DNA of 64,000 nt, from the NCBI GenBank assembly GCA_043228905.1, contig JBHGNT010000013.1:6138001-6202000 (forward strand), in the 5' to 3' direction. Made by a program: the position numbers and the translations under genes. This DNA is from Azolla caroliniana. Lineage: Eukaryota; Plantae; Polypodiophyta. The notes beneath the pieces were generated by a model. That model was not told the origin of the DNA, made no database searches, and saw nothing but the letters and a program-made list of their open reading frames with translations. Of this stretch, positions 1 through 11,685 are shown piece by piece. How positions within the stretch are numbered: the first letter of the stretch is position 1; each line of letters begins with the position of its first letter.

Positions 1-247
1 TTCATTTTCACATAACTTGATATGTATTTCTCCATTTTGTATATAGTAAAATACGTTTTGAAGCTCTTGAGTATATCCATCTTTCTATAGTAAGATACTA
101 ATCTAATCTATAATAATTATTTCATTATTTTTTTACATAGTGTGTGAAGATTCACACGACACCGGTTGGTGCCTTGCTCTGTCCGCTCCCTGGTTCCTCT
201 TTGCCCTGGGTTTCCACCACCACAGTCGGAGCCGATTCTTTCGCCCG

Positions 248-1285
248 CTACTCCCCACCCAACTTCTTTGCATGTCGTTCCAAGGTTTCGGCCGGTTCCT
301 CCTCAACCCCCTCTTCTGTGGTCTCCAGGCAGATGTTGTGTATAAAGTCCTCCGGTTCTTGGTCTTGCTGGCGCAGTGTGTTTTTGATCGGCTTTGTTCC
401 CGCTGGAGCTGTATCCTCCGCTTGTTGTGTTCGGTTAGTTGGCTTATCTAGTCTCTCCGGGTCTTTCTCCGCCGGTTCTGGTCTCCGGTTGGTTTGGCCT
501 TCCTCCTGTTGTGATGCGTCCTCTGAGGTCCATCCTGGGGTGTGCTTTTCCCAGAGTTGTCGCCTCTTGGTTGCTTTCTTGGGCGTTGTTTCCGGTCGGC
601 CCCTCTTTTTAGGTTTGGTGGTGATGACGGGGGGTACTAATAAGGTTAGCCACTGTGCTACCCCTATCCAAGATTTCTTCCCTTCTGCCATAGATTCTAT
701 GGCAGATTTCAAGCATTCGGTGATGATCTTCACCCAATCCACCTTCAGTCCCTCGTACGCTGCTATAATGAATCTGGTTCTGTATTTTGGTATGGCCAGC
801 GGCTGTGAGTGCACGAACCCATATTCTAGCAGCACTCGGATCACCTCCCGGAATAGGCAGTCTTCTCCCCCTTGCATTCAGTACACCTTGCTGATTAGGG
901 AATACTCGCTGAAATACTCTTTTAATATCTCGGTGGATGGGCTCTCCACCGCTCGAAGTCCCCCCGCTTGTAATCCTGTGAGGGCCTGGATTGTGCCCTT
1001 TGTTATTTCTTCAAGGTCGATTGTTGGTGCGACCTGTTTCGGGTCCTCATGTGGTGGTGCGTTTGCGATGCGAAGGAATCCCTCGAGTCCGTTCTTGGTG
1101 AACCATTCGCGTGCTGCATTAGAAAGCACCATGGGACCTGACTCTTGTTTGTTGATGTTGGTGTGCTTCTCTGCAAGGAGGTTGTGCTCTGTGTGTCTGA
1201 GGGTTCGTGTGCTTTTCTGTGCTCGCCACAATCGAAGTTCTCTAAGGGCCATTCCCTCGGTTGGCCTTTGATTTTGTACCCCCAT
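248..1285 (-). pseudogene. Extra (non gag-pol) ORF of Gypsy-A, N-terminal part, with one in-frame stop at 878-880
   Basis: ORFs 878..1285 and 248..877 are contiguous in frame. They align with 28417-29112 (GLEGFLRI, ALTGL, YEGxxVDW, AQWL) and contain an AT-hook-like KKRGRP. Confidence 0.8.
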
Positions 1286-1531
1286 CTTCTTGAACCACCA
1301 GTTCTTGGTTCCCGCACATGCATGTTCCGGACCATAATTAGTATTTGTACCCTGGTCCTATGCTTTAAATAGCCGTGTCCCGCCTGTTCACTAGCATCTG
1401 TTCGCAATAATATTTTTTGCCCTAATAATAGCCCTCCCACCTTTTGCTTCCTCCACCTTTTTGCATGATGACCGTCATTTTCTGACTACATTTCTTTTCT
1501 TAATTTTTTATTTTATTTTAATTAGATGACC

Positions 1532-1736
1532 TTACTTGCCAGTGGTGCCCGGTTCCACCGAATTGGTTGCCTCTGGTGCCTTCCCGCTTTTTGACGGTGT
1601 CGTGCCGCCTTTTGTCCAGTTTTCGGTATTTTGTGGGTTCTCTTCGTCTTTAAACGGATTTTCCGGCATCTGTCCTTTGTACGGTTTCAGTCGGAATCTG
1701 TTGACCCATTCTCTTAGAAGTTCTCTGGCTAACGTG
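1532..1736 (-). pseudogene. pol: C-terminus of the Gypsy-A integrase, cut off by Copia-1
   Basis: TLARELLREWVNRFRLKPY resembles the Gypsy integrase C-terminal region and joins the sequence at 7207 across the CCTAG TSD. Confidence 0.75.
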
Positions 1737-1741
1737 CCTAG

Positions 1742-1825
1742 TGTTGGAGACAAAGTCGTCTATGCGGAAGATCAAGCAACATTCGATTCTGTTCTTTACC
1801 TGCGTATAACAGTTTCTAGGTCGTT

Positions 1826-1859
<34 letters not shown>

Positions 1860-2029
1860 ACAAAAGACTCCTTATTCCATAAAGCAATAATACAACACCC
1901 AACCTTACAAAAAGGTTACAAGGTCACTATATATAGTGACCGACTTAGGGCAACTACCCTTTATGCTAATTACATAAATGGCCAAAACGGGATAGTGTGA
2001 ATACGTCCATTATACACATGTATTCGACA
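1742..2029 (-). repeat. Copia-1 3' LTR; PPT GGGGGAG adjacent at 2030-2036
   Basis: Direct repeat of 6914-7201. Confidence 0.96.
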
Positions 2030-2222
2030 CTCCCCCGTAATGGGCGTATACATGGGTTATCTAAGATTACAGGTATAGACTTAGGTTCTCGGACATATCA
2101 GCTTTGTTCGAGTCGGCAGGGTCCGAAGGCAGAAGACCGAACTGGTCGGGTCGGAACAGTTGAAGCTGATCATTAAGGAACTGATGTCGGTTGTCGGGAA
2201 CCATCCTGCTCTGTGTCCGGCT

Positions 2223-5200
2223 CTAACCGGACTGGTTTGTCGTTACGCCCATCTGATGCCGAAGAGACCGAAAACGGTCTGCCGAAAGACACTTGGTCAT
2301 TCCATCTGCGACATTGTCGGTTGTGGATATTTTCTCTAGACCGATTTTCCCTGAAATGACGCAGTCCCGAACGAAGTGATATCGAACGTTGATATGTTTG
2401 GAGGCGTTGTGGTGAACCGGATTTTTCGACAAGGCAACAGCACCTTGACTGTCGCTGTAGACAACTGGAGCCGAGTCATGGTCGACTTGTCGAAACGTGT
2501 GCGCCAGCCGACCGAGCCACAAGGCTTCTTTTGCTGCGTCGGACGCAGCTACATATTCTGCTTCGGTCGTTGAGGTCGCTGTGCACTCCTGAAGTTTCGA
2601 CTTCCACGAGATTGCTCCATTGCCGAATTTGAAGCAGTATCCGGTTGTTGATTTCCGACTGTCTATACAGCCGGCAAAATCCGAGTCGGTGGAACCGACT
2701 ACGCCTGAGGTTCGGTTCGGACCGAAAAGAATGCCATGGTCTTTTGTGCCAGCCAGATATCTGAACACATGCTTGACTGCGTTCCAATGCGATCGGCCAG
2801 GATTGTGCATAAATCTGCTAACGACTCCTACGGCATGAGAAATATCAGGCCGTGTCGCGACCATCAGGTACATAAGGGAGCCGACTGCCGGTGCATACGG
2901 TACCGACTTCATATCTTCCCCCTCCGGGCCGGATGTCGGGCAGTCTCGCTGAGAGAGCCGAAGATTCATTGGGAGCGGGGTTGAAGCAGATTTGGCTGAT
3001 TGCATGTTGAAGCGTTCCAAGACACGTCGGATATAGTCGGTCTGAGACAAGAAAAGATGTCGTTTATCGCGATGCCGACTAATCTTCATGCCGAGTATGT
3101 GTTGTGCCGGACCGAGGTCCTTCATGGCAAACTTCAACCGCAGTTGCCGAATGAGATCGGCAAGTTCGCCCGCGTGGCGTCCAGAAATTAGCATGTCGTC
3201 CACGTAAATGATGAGGAAGATGGGTGATCCATCTTGAGCTGTGTTGGTGAAGAGACAATGGTCCTCATCGCTTTTTGAGAAGCCGATCGATTGGATGAAG
3301 TCGTCGAACTTCTTGTACCATTGTCGCGGTGCCTGTTTGAGGCCGTATAGACTCTTCCTAAGGCGGCAGACTAGATGTTCTTGGCCAGTTGCCACGAAGC
3401 CTTTTGGCTGCTCCATATAAATTTCCTCCTCGAGATCACCATGGAGGAAGGCTGTTTTGACATCTAGCTGAATCAGCTCCAAGTTGTCGGCTGCCACTAC
3501 GCCGAGTAGAAAACGAAGGGTTGTCATTTTCACCACTGGTGAGAAAATCTCGTCGAAGTCGACGCCATATTCTTGTCGGAAGCCCTTCGCAACTAATCTG
3601 GCCTTGTACTTTGGGGTGGTCGAATCAGACGTCTCTTTTAGTCGATAAACCCACTTGCAAGGAAGAGCACGTCGATTCTTAGGTAATTCGACCAGATCCC
3701 AGGTCTTGTTTGCCCGAATGGAGTGCATTTCCGACTCCATCGCCAGATGCCAGGTGGCTGAATCGACAGAAGTCGATGCTTCTTCGTAAGACGTCGGTTC
3801 GCCGGCGTCGGTGAAGAAAATTCCAGGAGAGTACCTCTCCGGAGGTTGCGACAGTCTCTCGGATCGTCGAGGTATGATTGGACTGGTCGCATCGGGTATC
3901 GTGGTCGGATGGTCCGAAAGCGGATTGTTCTGCTGTGCCGAGTCGGGGTTGTCCGAGTCGGTAGTGTAAGGTTCAGCTACCCGTGAAGCTGACCGTGTGT
4001 TGAGAGCGGGGCCTTCTTGAAGGGTCGGCACATCGGAAAATGTTACCCTTCGGACTTCGATCGGTTTTTCGACTGATGGATTCATAGCCGACTCGTTGAA
4101 CACAACGTCCGAACTTCGAACGATTTGTCTGCGTTCGGGGTCCCAGAGTCGGTATCCCATTTCGCCGTCGGATCCATATCCGAGGAAAATGCATTTCCTG
4201 GACCGAGGTGCAAGTTTTCGGCGATCATCTTTCGGAATAAGGGCGTACGCCTCGCATCCGAAGATCCTCAGCTTGTCGTAATTCGGCTTACTGCCGATCC
4301 ATAGTTCCTGAGGAATTTGAAGTCCTAGAGGTCTACTTGGCGACATATTGATTATGTGTACTGCCGTGAGTAGAGCCTCTGCCCAGAAGCCATCCGACAG
4401 TCCGGAGTGTTGGAGCATGGAAACTGTCCGTTCTTGGATTGTCCGATTCATGCGTTCGGCAATCCCGTTTTGCTCCGGACTGTGTGGTGCCGTAAATTCA
4501 CGTCGGATGCCGCGTTGTCGGCAGAATTTGACGAATTCTTCGGATTTAAACTCTCCCCCATTGTCTGTCCGAAAGCATTTCAGCTTTCGGTCGGTTTGAT
4601 TTTCTACCATAGCGAGCCAATCGGTGAAGATCGAGAAGACCCGATCTTTGGTGCGAATTGGATAAGCCCACACCTTTCGAGTTGAATCGTCAATAAAAGT
4701 GACGAAGTAAGAGGCACCGCCGAGAGACTGATGCGGCATTGGGCCACAGACGTCCGAGTGGACCAAATCAAGAGGTCTCGTTTCTCTTGGTGCTGATGTC
4801 GGGTGTGATGCGGCTGCTTGTTTGCCATACTGGCAATGCTCGCAGAATTGATGGTCCGAGAAGGAGAGTTTGGGGATGTATCCGGCTCTAGATAGGTGCG
4901 TGATGCCGGCCTTGCTGAGGTGTCCTAATCTTCGGTGCCATAGTGATGACACAGGAATATCCACCAAAAACAGGTTACCCTCTCTGAGCGTAACATGTAA
5001 CGGATACAGGGAGTGTATCTTGGGTCCTCTAGCAAGCAGGAGGTTCCCCCTGTGGAGTGTCCACCCTCCCGAAGAAAAACCGGCACGAATGCCGTCTTCA
5101 TCTAGTTGTCCGACTGAGATCAATGGCCTTGCGAGCTCGGGTACATGTCGGACATTGTGGAGTACAAGTGTAGAGCCACCTGCAAGGTTGAGCTCTACTG

Positions 5201-6239
5201 TGCCGATTCCGATGATGTCACAGTGTTGTGAGTTGCCGACTCGAACTGAGTCGGAGTTACGGATCGTATATTGCCGGAATTGGGATCGATGAGGAGTCAC
5301 GTGAAATGACGCGCCCGAATCTAAGAGCCATGTGCTCGATTCTTCAGTCGTGAGTAGAACTTCTGATCCGACTGGATTTTCGATTGATAGTATATTCGGG
5401 TCGTCCGGTAGTACATCAGCTGAGAAGCTGACGTAATTGATCTCCTCATGCCGGCCACTCTTCTTGTTGTTCTTGTTCTTGAGTGCGCGGCAGTCGGCTT
5501 TGATGTGTCCGGGTTTCTTGCAATAGTTGCAGATTCGGTTATCCTGTGACTGGCTCCGTCTTCGCTGATTGTTCGGCGGCCGTGAGGAATCTCTTCCTCG
5601 TATGTTCGATCGGTCTGTCGAACCTTGTACTACGTAAGCGTCGTCTGTTGAGTCTTTGGCGAAAGACTTTCTCCGAGCTGCTTCGGTCAGGATTGCGATC
5701 GTGACTTCGGAGTATTTAACAGCCGTGGTTGACGCGTTGCACACGGTTGTGACGAAAGTTTCCCATGATGAGGGAAGGCTGCTCATGAGTATCATTGCTC
5801 TGAGTTCATCCTCGATTGCCGTCCCCTGTGACGAGATTTGGGAGCTTATGCTTTCGTACTCATTGAGGTGTGCTTGAACCGAATCGGATTCTTTCATCCG
5901 CAAGTTGTAGAGGCGCCGGATCAGAAACATCTTCGTTGCGGCGACCTTCTTTTCGTAAGTGTCCGACAGTGTTTTCCACAGTTCGAATGCTGTCGTACAC
6001 GATTGCACCGTAAAGTATACCGATTCCGATAGGTGCATCCGAATCGTGGCGCGGACAATTCTGTCCAGCTTCTGCCACTCAATTGGTTTGTATCCTTCTG
6101 GAGGTTCTTCATTTTCGATGGGATCGATTTGCCCCTTGACTATGAGATAGTCCTGCATTTGTTCCTTCCAGAAGTTGAAGTTCGATCCATCGAACTTTCG
6201 TAGACTCATTTCTGACGAGCCGGATGTTGATGCCATCAA
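2223..6239 (-). CDS. gag-pol: Copia Gag-Pol polyprotein, 1338 aa, intact
   Basis: Zinc knuckle CNYCKKPGHIKADC, protease LDSGAS, integrase HRRLGH/CEHC/VHSDVCGP/RTDNGGEF, RT QLDVKTAFL/YVDDM, RNase H DSDFAG/EAEY, in INT-before-RT order. Confidence 0.97.
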   Translation of the reverse strand: MMASTSGSSEMSLRKFDGSNFNFWKEQMQDYLIVKGQIDPIENEEPPEGYKPIEWQKLDRIVRATIRMHLSESVYFTVQSCTTAFELWKTLSDTYEKKVAATKMFLIRRLYNLRMKESDSVQAHLNEYESISSQISSQGTAIEDELRAMILMSSLPSSWETFVTTVCNASTTAVKYSEVTIAILTEAARRKSFAKDSTDDAYVVQGSTDRSNIRGRDSSRPPNNQRRRSQSQDNRICNYCKKPGHIKADCRALKNKNNKKSGRHEEINYVSFSADVLPDDPNILSIENPVGSEVLLTTEESSTWLLDSGASFHVTPHRSQFRQYTIRNSDSVRVGNSQHCDIIGIGTVELNLAGGSTLVLHNVRHVPELARPLISVGQLDEDGIRAGFSSGGWTLHRGNLLLARGPKIHSLYPLHVTLREGNLFLVDIPVSSLWHRRLGHLSKAGITHLSRAGYIPKLSFSDHQFCEHCQYGKQAAASHPTSAPRETRPLDLVHSDVCGPMPHQSLGGASYFVTFIDDSTRKVWAYPIRTKDRVFSIFTDWLAMVENQTDRKLKCFRTDNGGEFKSEEFVKFCRQRGIRREFTAPHSPEQNGIAERMNRTIQERTVSMLQHSGLSDGFWAEALLTAVHIINMSPSRPLGLQIPQELWIGSKPNYDKLRIFGCEAYALIPKDDRRKLAPRSRKCIFLGYGSDGEMGYRLWDPERRQIVRSSDVVFNESAMNPSVEKPIEVRRVTFSDVPTLQEGPALNTRSASRVAEPYTTDSDNPDSAQQNNPLSDHPTTIPDATSPIIPRRSERLSQPPERYSPGIFFTDAGEPTSYEEASTSVDSATWHLAMESEMHSIRANKTWDLVELPKNRRALPCKWVYRLKETSDSTTPKYKARLVAKGFRQEYGVDFDEIFSPVVKMTTLRFLLGVVAADNLELIQLDVKTAFLHGDLEEEIYMEQPKGFVATGQEHLVCRLRKSLYGLKQAPRQWYKKFDDFIQSIGFSKSDEDHCLFTNTAQDGSPIFLIIYVDDMLISGRHAGELADLIRQLRLKFAMKDLGPAQHILGMKISRHRDKRHLFLSQTDYIRRVLERFNMQSAKSASTPLPMNLRLSQRDCPTSGPEGEDMKSVPYAPAVGSLMYLMVATRPDISHAVGVVSRFMHNPGRSHWNAVKHVFRYLAGTKDHGILFGPNRTSGVVGSTDSDFAGCIDSRKSTTGYCFKFGNGAISWKSKLQECTATSTTEAEYVAASDAAKEALWLGRLAHTFRQVDHDSAPVVYSDSQGAVALSKNPVHHNASKHINVRYHFVRDCVISGKIGLEKISTTDNVADGMTKCLSADRFRSLRHQMGVTTNQSG

Positions 6240-6897
6240 GTTCGGTTTTGGTTGACGAAGCTCGGTTCGGAGTTGACTACGAACCTTGTTGGAGTGCAGC
6301 CAGTTGGCTCACCCGATATCGTTCTAGTCGGATTTGAACCCGAGTCGGTTCGGCTTCGGAACTTGCTCGAATTGACTCCGGTAACTTGAGGGACAGAACC
6401 GACTGGTCTTCCCGAATGTTGCCGAGTCGGAGTGAGCCCGGTTCGCTTCGGATATATATGCCGAATACCGATTATTGAAACCGATTATCTGGACCGATTC
6501 TGCTTCGGGTGGCTGCAGCGACGAGAGAGACAGATCCAACTGATCCTCCCGAATGTCGATCAGCCGGATGAAGCGCGAATTGGGGTTGTTGTCTTGAGAC
6601 CGATCTGCACCGAGTGGTTACAACGAGCGGCGAGCAGCGTTTAATGACCTTTTCGGATGCCGTTTAACCGAGTGGAGCGCGATCGTGTCAATGTTGCACA
6701 AGGGGATTTCACCTCGAGCGTTGCGATCACAAGGAACGGAGTACAACCGGCTGGCTTACTCCAAGCGAAGAGGATCTAACGCGAAGAGATGCAAGCCTCG
6801 TTTTTCTTCTTCTCTCTTCTTCGAATGACGCAGGAAACCGAATGCTGTGCAGGTTGAGACGACGGCCGACAGCGGATTGAAGGACTGAATACTGTGC

Positions 6898-6911
6898 AGG
6901 CTCTGATACCA
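6898..6911 (-). promoter_or_regulatory. Copia-1 primer binding site, tRNA-iMet
   Basis: TGGTATCAGAGCCT on the minus strand, 2 nt from the LTR. Confidence 0.93.
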
Positions 6912-6913
6912 GA

Positions 6914-7201
6914 TGTTGGAGACAAAGTCGTCTATGCGGAAGATCAAGCAGCATTCGATTCTGTTCTTTACCTGCGTATAACAGTTTCTAGGTCGTTGCA
7001 CAGAGAGAGAGAGAGAGAGAGACAGAGAGGCACAAAAGACTCCTTATTCCATAAAGCAATAATACAACACCCAACCTTACAAAAAGGTTACAAGGTCACT
7101 ATATATAGTGACCGACTTAGGGCAACTACCCTTTATGCTAATTACATAAATGGCCAAAACGGGATAGTGTGAATACGTCCATTATACACATGTATTCGAC
7201 A
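6914..7201 (-). repeat. Copia-1 5' LTR
   Basis: Direct repeat of 1742-2029, next to the PBS. Confidence 0.96.
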
Positions 7202-7206
7202 CCTAG

Positions 7207-10200
7207 TTGGTAGGACCCATTAAACTCCCTTGTTACCCAGAATGGGCCGGTCCACCGAAACCGTAACTTCCTCGGCAGGCTGCCCATCCGGGTCTGGAAA
7301 ACCAAGACCGGTTTTCCGATGCCGAATTCCTTCTCGTTGCTGCGTCAATGCATGTCCACAAAGGCTTTCCATCGTCGTTGCTCTAGCTCTAGGTATATTA
7401 AGCTAGTTATCTGATGCTCCTCTAGTTCGCACAACGTTGCCAACCAGATCTTCTCCAACTCCTTTTCACTCAGATGCTCTTTGACTTGGATTTGTAAACT
7501 CGGAATTTGAAACTTGATTGGCATGACCGCTTCCAATCTGAATGCTAACCGGAACGGGGTTGTGTGTATGCTTGTCCCAATCCATTCGGTTTTCATTGAC
7601 GATTTTTCGGAGTATATTATATAGTGTCTTATTTGTGGATTCGGCCAGTCCGTTTGCCTGTGGGTAGTATGGGGTACTACGTTTGTGGACTACCGCATAA
7701 CATGTTGTGAGGCTCTCCACAACTTGGTGTAGGAAGTGTCCTCCTTGATTGCTTATTAGTTCAATTGGGCAGCCATACCGGCACCATATAAGCTCGTATA
7801 GGAACTTTGTTGTGGATGCTACCCTATTATCCCTGAGTGCCTTTGCTTCCACCCATTTCGTGTAGTAGTTGGTGGCCACGATAATGTATCTGTTACCGGT
7901 CCTCATTGCTGGTGGTTTGAATGGTCCGACAAAGTCCAATCCCCATTTCAGGAATGGTTCTAATGGTAATACCGGGTGATGGGGCATTCGGGCATGCTCG
8001 GTTCGTTGGCCTAATCGTTGGCAGAGGTCACATTCCTTACCATACTTCATGGCGTCTTTTAAGGTTGTCGGCCACCATAACCCGCTTTGCCATATCTTGC
8101 GGGCTGTCGCGTCACCGGCATAGTGGCCTCCGGCTATTCCGTAGTGGGCTTCTCTTAAAATCGTTTCTTTTTTGTCGCTGTGCACCGCTCGCCGCCAGAT
8201 TCCGTCTGCCCCTTTGTGATATAGGGTATCCTGGATGAGGCAAAAGTGGTGGCCTTAGACTGCTAATCTCTTCCGTTTGTCCCGATCCATTTTGTCGGGA
8301 GGTAATCCGGTGCTCAAGAACTGATGCATGTCTGTAAGCTACTTGTCCTCCTCGACAACCATTGAGTTAGTTTCCGGTTCTGCTGTTACCCTAAATAACT
8401 TGGCATTAGGGAACTCATCTCGTACTCCATCTCCTGCTTCGCCGGATTCCAGCCGGCTCAAGTAATCGGCTACTCCGTGCTACGCCCCGGGTCAGTGGTA
8501 GATGTCGAACTCAAATTCCTATAACAGTACTGTCCATCTTGCTATTTTCCCGGTTAGTGACGCCTTAGACATCAAGTAAATCAGTGCTAAGTGGTCCACG
8601 TGAAATGAAAACTTCCACCCTAGCAAGTAGTGTCAGTACTTGGTTACGCTATACACCATTCCGAGAGCCTCCCTTTCCGTTGTGGAGTAGTTGTGTTCGG
8701 CCTTCGAGAGCTTCCGACTTGCATAGTGCACCGGCCGGTACCACTTTGGTTCGGTGAGTTGCATAAGGAAACTGCTAATTGCTACGTCTGATGTGTCGAC
8801 AAACACATGGAAACTCTTCGTCCAGTCGGGAGGTTGCACCACCAGGGCTTGTGACAACATTACCTTTAATGCTTGATAGGCCTTTTCCTCTGACTTCGCC
8901 CATTGAAAGGGCAATCGGTGCACTGCTGCATGTAGTGGTGTCACAATGTTAGCCAAATGCCGTAACATTCGGTTATGCCATCGGATTTGTCCTAAAAACT
9001 AGGTCAGGGCTTTTGCGTTATTTGGTGTGGGTGCTTCCAGGATTGCCCTCACCTTATCAGGGTCCACCGCAATTCCCTCCTTACTTAGAATGTGTCCGAG
9101 CAGGTTGCCACTAGTTACTCCGAACACGCACTTTGCTAGATTCAGGCTCAGTCGGTATTCCCAACATTTCTCCAAGCATAATCGGAGGTGATCCAAATGT
9201 TTGTCCTGTCAACTGTACACCGCAAAATCATCTAAAAAGACCTGCATGAATGTTGGGATATACTCCCCGAATATTTCCATGATAATTCGTTGAAAAGTTG
9301 TTGGTGTCGTTTTTAGCTTGAACAACATTACGACTGCCACAAACACCCCCCATTCGGTGACAAAAGCCGTTTTCTCTTGGTTTGTCGGGTGCATTCGAAT
9401 CTGATTGTAACCATTAAATCCGTATAAAAAACTATATACTTCATGCCCAGACACCGCATCCAACACGCCGTTCGTGAACGATAGTGGGAACGCATTTGTT
9501 ACTGTGGCGACATTCAGCTTCTAGTAGTCCATGCATACCCGAAACTTACCATTTTTGTTAGGTACTACCACAATCGGGCTCAACCACATTGCTTGCTTTA
9601 CTGACCGTATGATCCCGACTCTCAGTAGCTTGTCCATTTCTTCCTTGACCTTCACCGCATAACTGGGATTCATTCGGTAACGACGTTCTGCCACTGGTTT
9701 GGCGTCCGTGCTGAGGTGGATCTGATGCTTATAAAGTTGGGGATCCAATCCTTGCATATCCTCATAGGACCAGGCGAACACGTCTCGGAAACTTGTGAGT
9801 AATTCGACCATCGCCTTCTTTTCATCCCGTGGCATTTCTTTGGCTACGTTCACTGATTTCGATGTGTTGTCGGTACCAAGGTGCGCTTCCTCGAGCTAGG
9901 ATGCTTTTACTCTTTGGGATATAGTCATTTCCCTTTCCAATGATTCTTGTGCTTGTCGTAACTCCCGGATCGCTTCTTGATCCGATTTGTCCAATTCCTT
10001 TCCCAGGTTCGTCACATATGGTATGATTGCTTCGGTTATGTCTACCTCAAATAATGGCACAATCTTCGGGTGGTCTTCCAAGTAACGGTTGACTTATTCA
10101 TCAGCTAACCTGTCTAGCATGTTGATGCTCTCCGCATATAGGGGTGTTACTTCCTTACTGGTTCCTACTCATGGCTGTGTCGGTACGCATACTTTGGTCT

Positions 10201-10990
10201 TTCCTAGTCGAAAGGTGATTACATTATTTTGCGAGTTTTGTTTTATGTGCGCTGTCCGCAGCCATGGTCTTCCTAGCAATAGGGGATAGGCCTCTTGCAC
10301 ATTAAGCTGTAATACTACTGCCGATATCCGGAATGCGTATCCTCTGATTGTAATGTCCAAGTCCCGGATGAGTCTGGTTGGTCGAACCGAACTTGTATCT
10401 GCCATTCTTAGCCAGAATGGACACGATTCCCAATCTCGGATTCCCAAGGTGATGACGTTCACCCCAAAACCACCGTCAATAATGGTTCTGATGATCTCTT
10501 TGCCTTTAACAATCACTATGATGGCCGGGCTGCTTGTGTCCACCACTGCCGGTCCTTCCTCCGGATTGGAGAAGAATGCCGGTGCCGGCTCCTGATTTGG
10601 TGTGGTGAACGTTGTTTTGAGCCCTTTAGTGAACCAGGGGACTAATTGTAGCAAGCGCCCCAATGGTAACACGATCTGGAATTCTTGTAATGCCTGCCAA
10701 GTTGGGTCCTTGTTGGTACTCTTTACGGGCTCCTCCGGCTGTAAGTTTTGTTCCTGTATCTCAGCCACATTATGTTCATTGGCTTTCTTGATCCATTCGA
10801 TGGCTTGCTTCCGGATATGCTCCTGAGTTTCCCACTCGACCGCTTTTCCTTTGGAATGCCCATCCTTTTGGCAATAATAGCAATATGTCTTTTGGTTGCT
10901 GCTTGACTCCCTCTTGTCCATGTTCGCATTCTGTGCATCGGAGGTTATCCGGCTGTTGTCCTCCGTTTTTCGTTGCTTCGATGGTGTCAC
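7207..10990 (-). pseudogene. pol: Gypsy-A pol (PR-RT-RNase H-INT) with multiple stops and frameshifts
   Basis: PR IIDGGFGVNVI; RT GYNQIRM and FLDDF; RNase H VDTSD and YSTTEREAL; INT GGHY..CDLC, WGLDFVGP, PQANGLAE. Confidence 0.9.
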
Positions 10991-11680
10991 AACGGTGTTT
11001 GTGCTTCATGGATTGTACTCTTTGGTTGCTTCCCGACGTTCTTCCCTGCGAAAATAGCCTCGTTTTCGGTTGTGCCGGAAATTCCGGTTTCCTTGTCGTT
11101 TTGGATAGCGTCTATCATCCCTTCTCCGGTCATAATCCGGGGAGTAGTCCCATTCATACCGATCTTGGTTGTAGCCTTCCTTGCGTTGGTCGTCGCGATC
11201 GCGCTAATAGTGGTCGCGTCTTCTTTCATTGTACCGATCCCCACGTTCTGGTCAATATCGGTCCTCCCTTTAGAACCGTTCGTCGTTTGGTTCATGACTG
11301 CTACGTGGTTCAATGTTCCACACCGGTGCCGCTTGTCAGTTGAGCAAGTTGTACTCACATCGGTCCGTTGTGTGTGCCCGTGAGTGGCATATCATACACT
11401 GTGTCCTCATTATGCAGTCTACTGTCGAATGGCCCGGGTTTAGACACGTTGTGCATTGCAACGCCTGGAGAAACCTGAGATCCTCCTTATTTGGAATGGC
11501 CCTATGAAGGACTCCCATCGTCATCAAGGAGCTATGTCTATTCATTTCCAGCATCCGATCGATGACTTGATCCATTGTGCTAGCCTGGAAATCTAGTATT
11601 GCGCACATTGTTCGGAGGGGTTCCTGTAGAGCGGCTAGAAACACCGCTTTCGCCTCCTCCTCCGGAGGTGCCCTTGTCAA
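10987..11680 (-). pseudogene. gag: Gypsy-A gag, C-terminal part
   Basis: Two Cys-His knuckles (CTTCLNPGHSTVDC, CMICHSRAHTTDRC); rejoins 17227 when Copia-2 is removed (QTLHSL|LTRAPP). Confidence 0.8.
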
Positions 11681-11685
11681 CAGCT

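Larger units (their letters stand above)
1742..7201 (-). mobile_element. Copia-1: structurally intact Ty1/Copia LTR retrotransposon (Tnt1/Tork-like)
   Basis: Two 288-bp TG..CA LTRs with 2 substitutions seen, 5-bp TSD CCTAG (1737-1741, 7202-7206), iMet PBS, PPT and a single uninterrupted ORF. Confidence 0.97.

Noticed and set aside
1-139. AT-rich segment that may be the end of another LTR
   Set aside because: It is truncated by the window edge, with no partner or TSD to test.
144-1271. 375-aa + strand ORF and the many other antisense ORFs (e.g. 28254..29087, 51763..52590)
   Set aside because: These are shadow frames of retroelement coding sequence on the opposite strand, with no independent motifs.
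248-1285. env gene
   Set aside because: No signal peptide or transmembrane segment is evident, and the protein carries a basic AT-hook/NLS-like motif instead.
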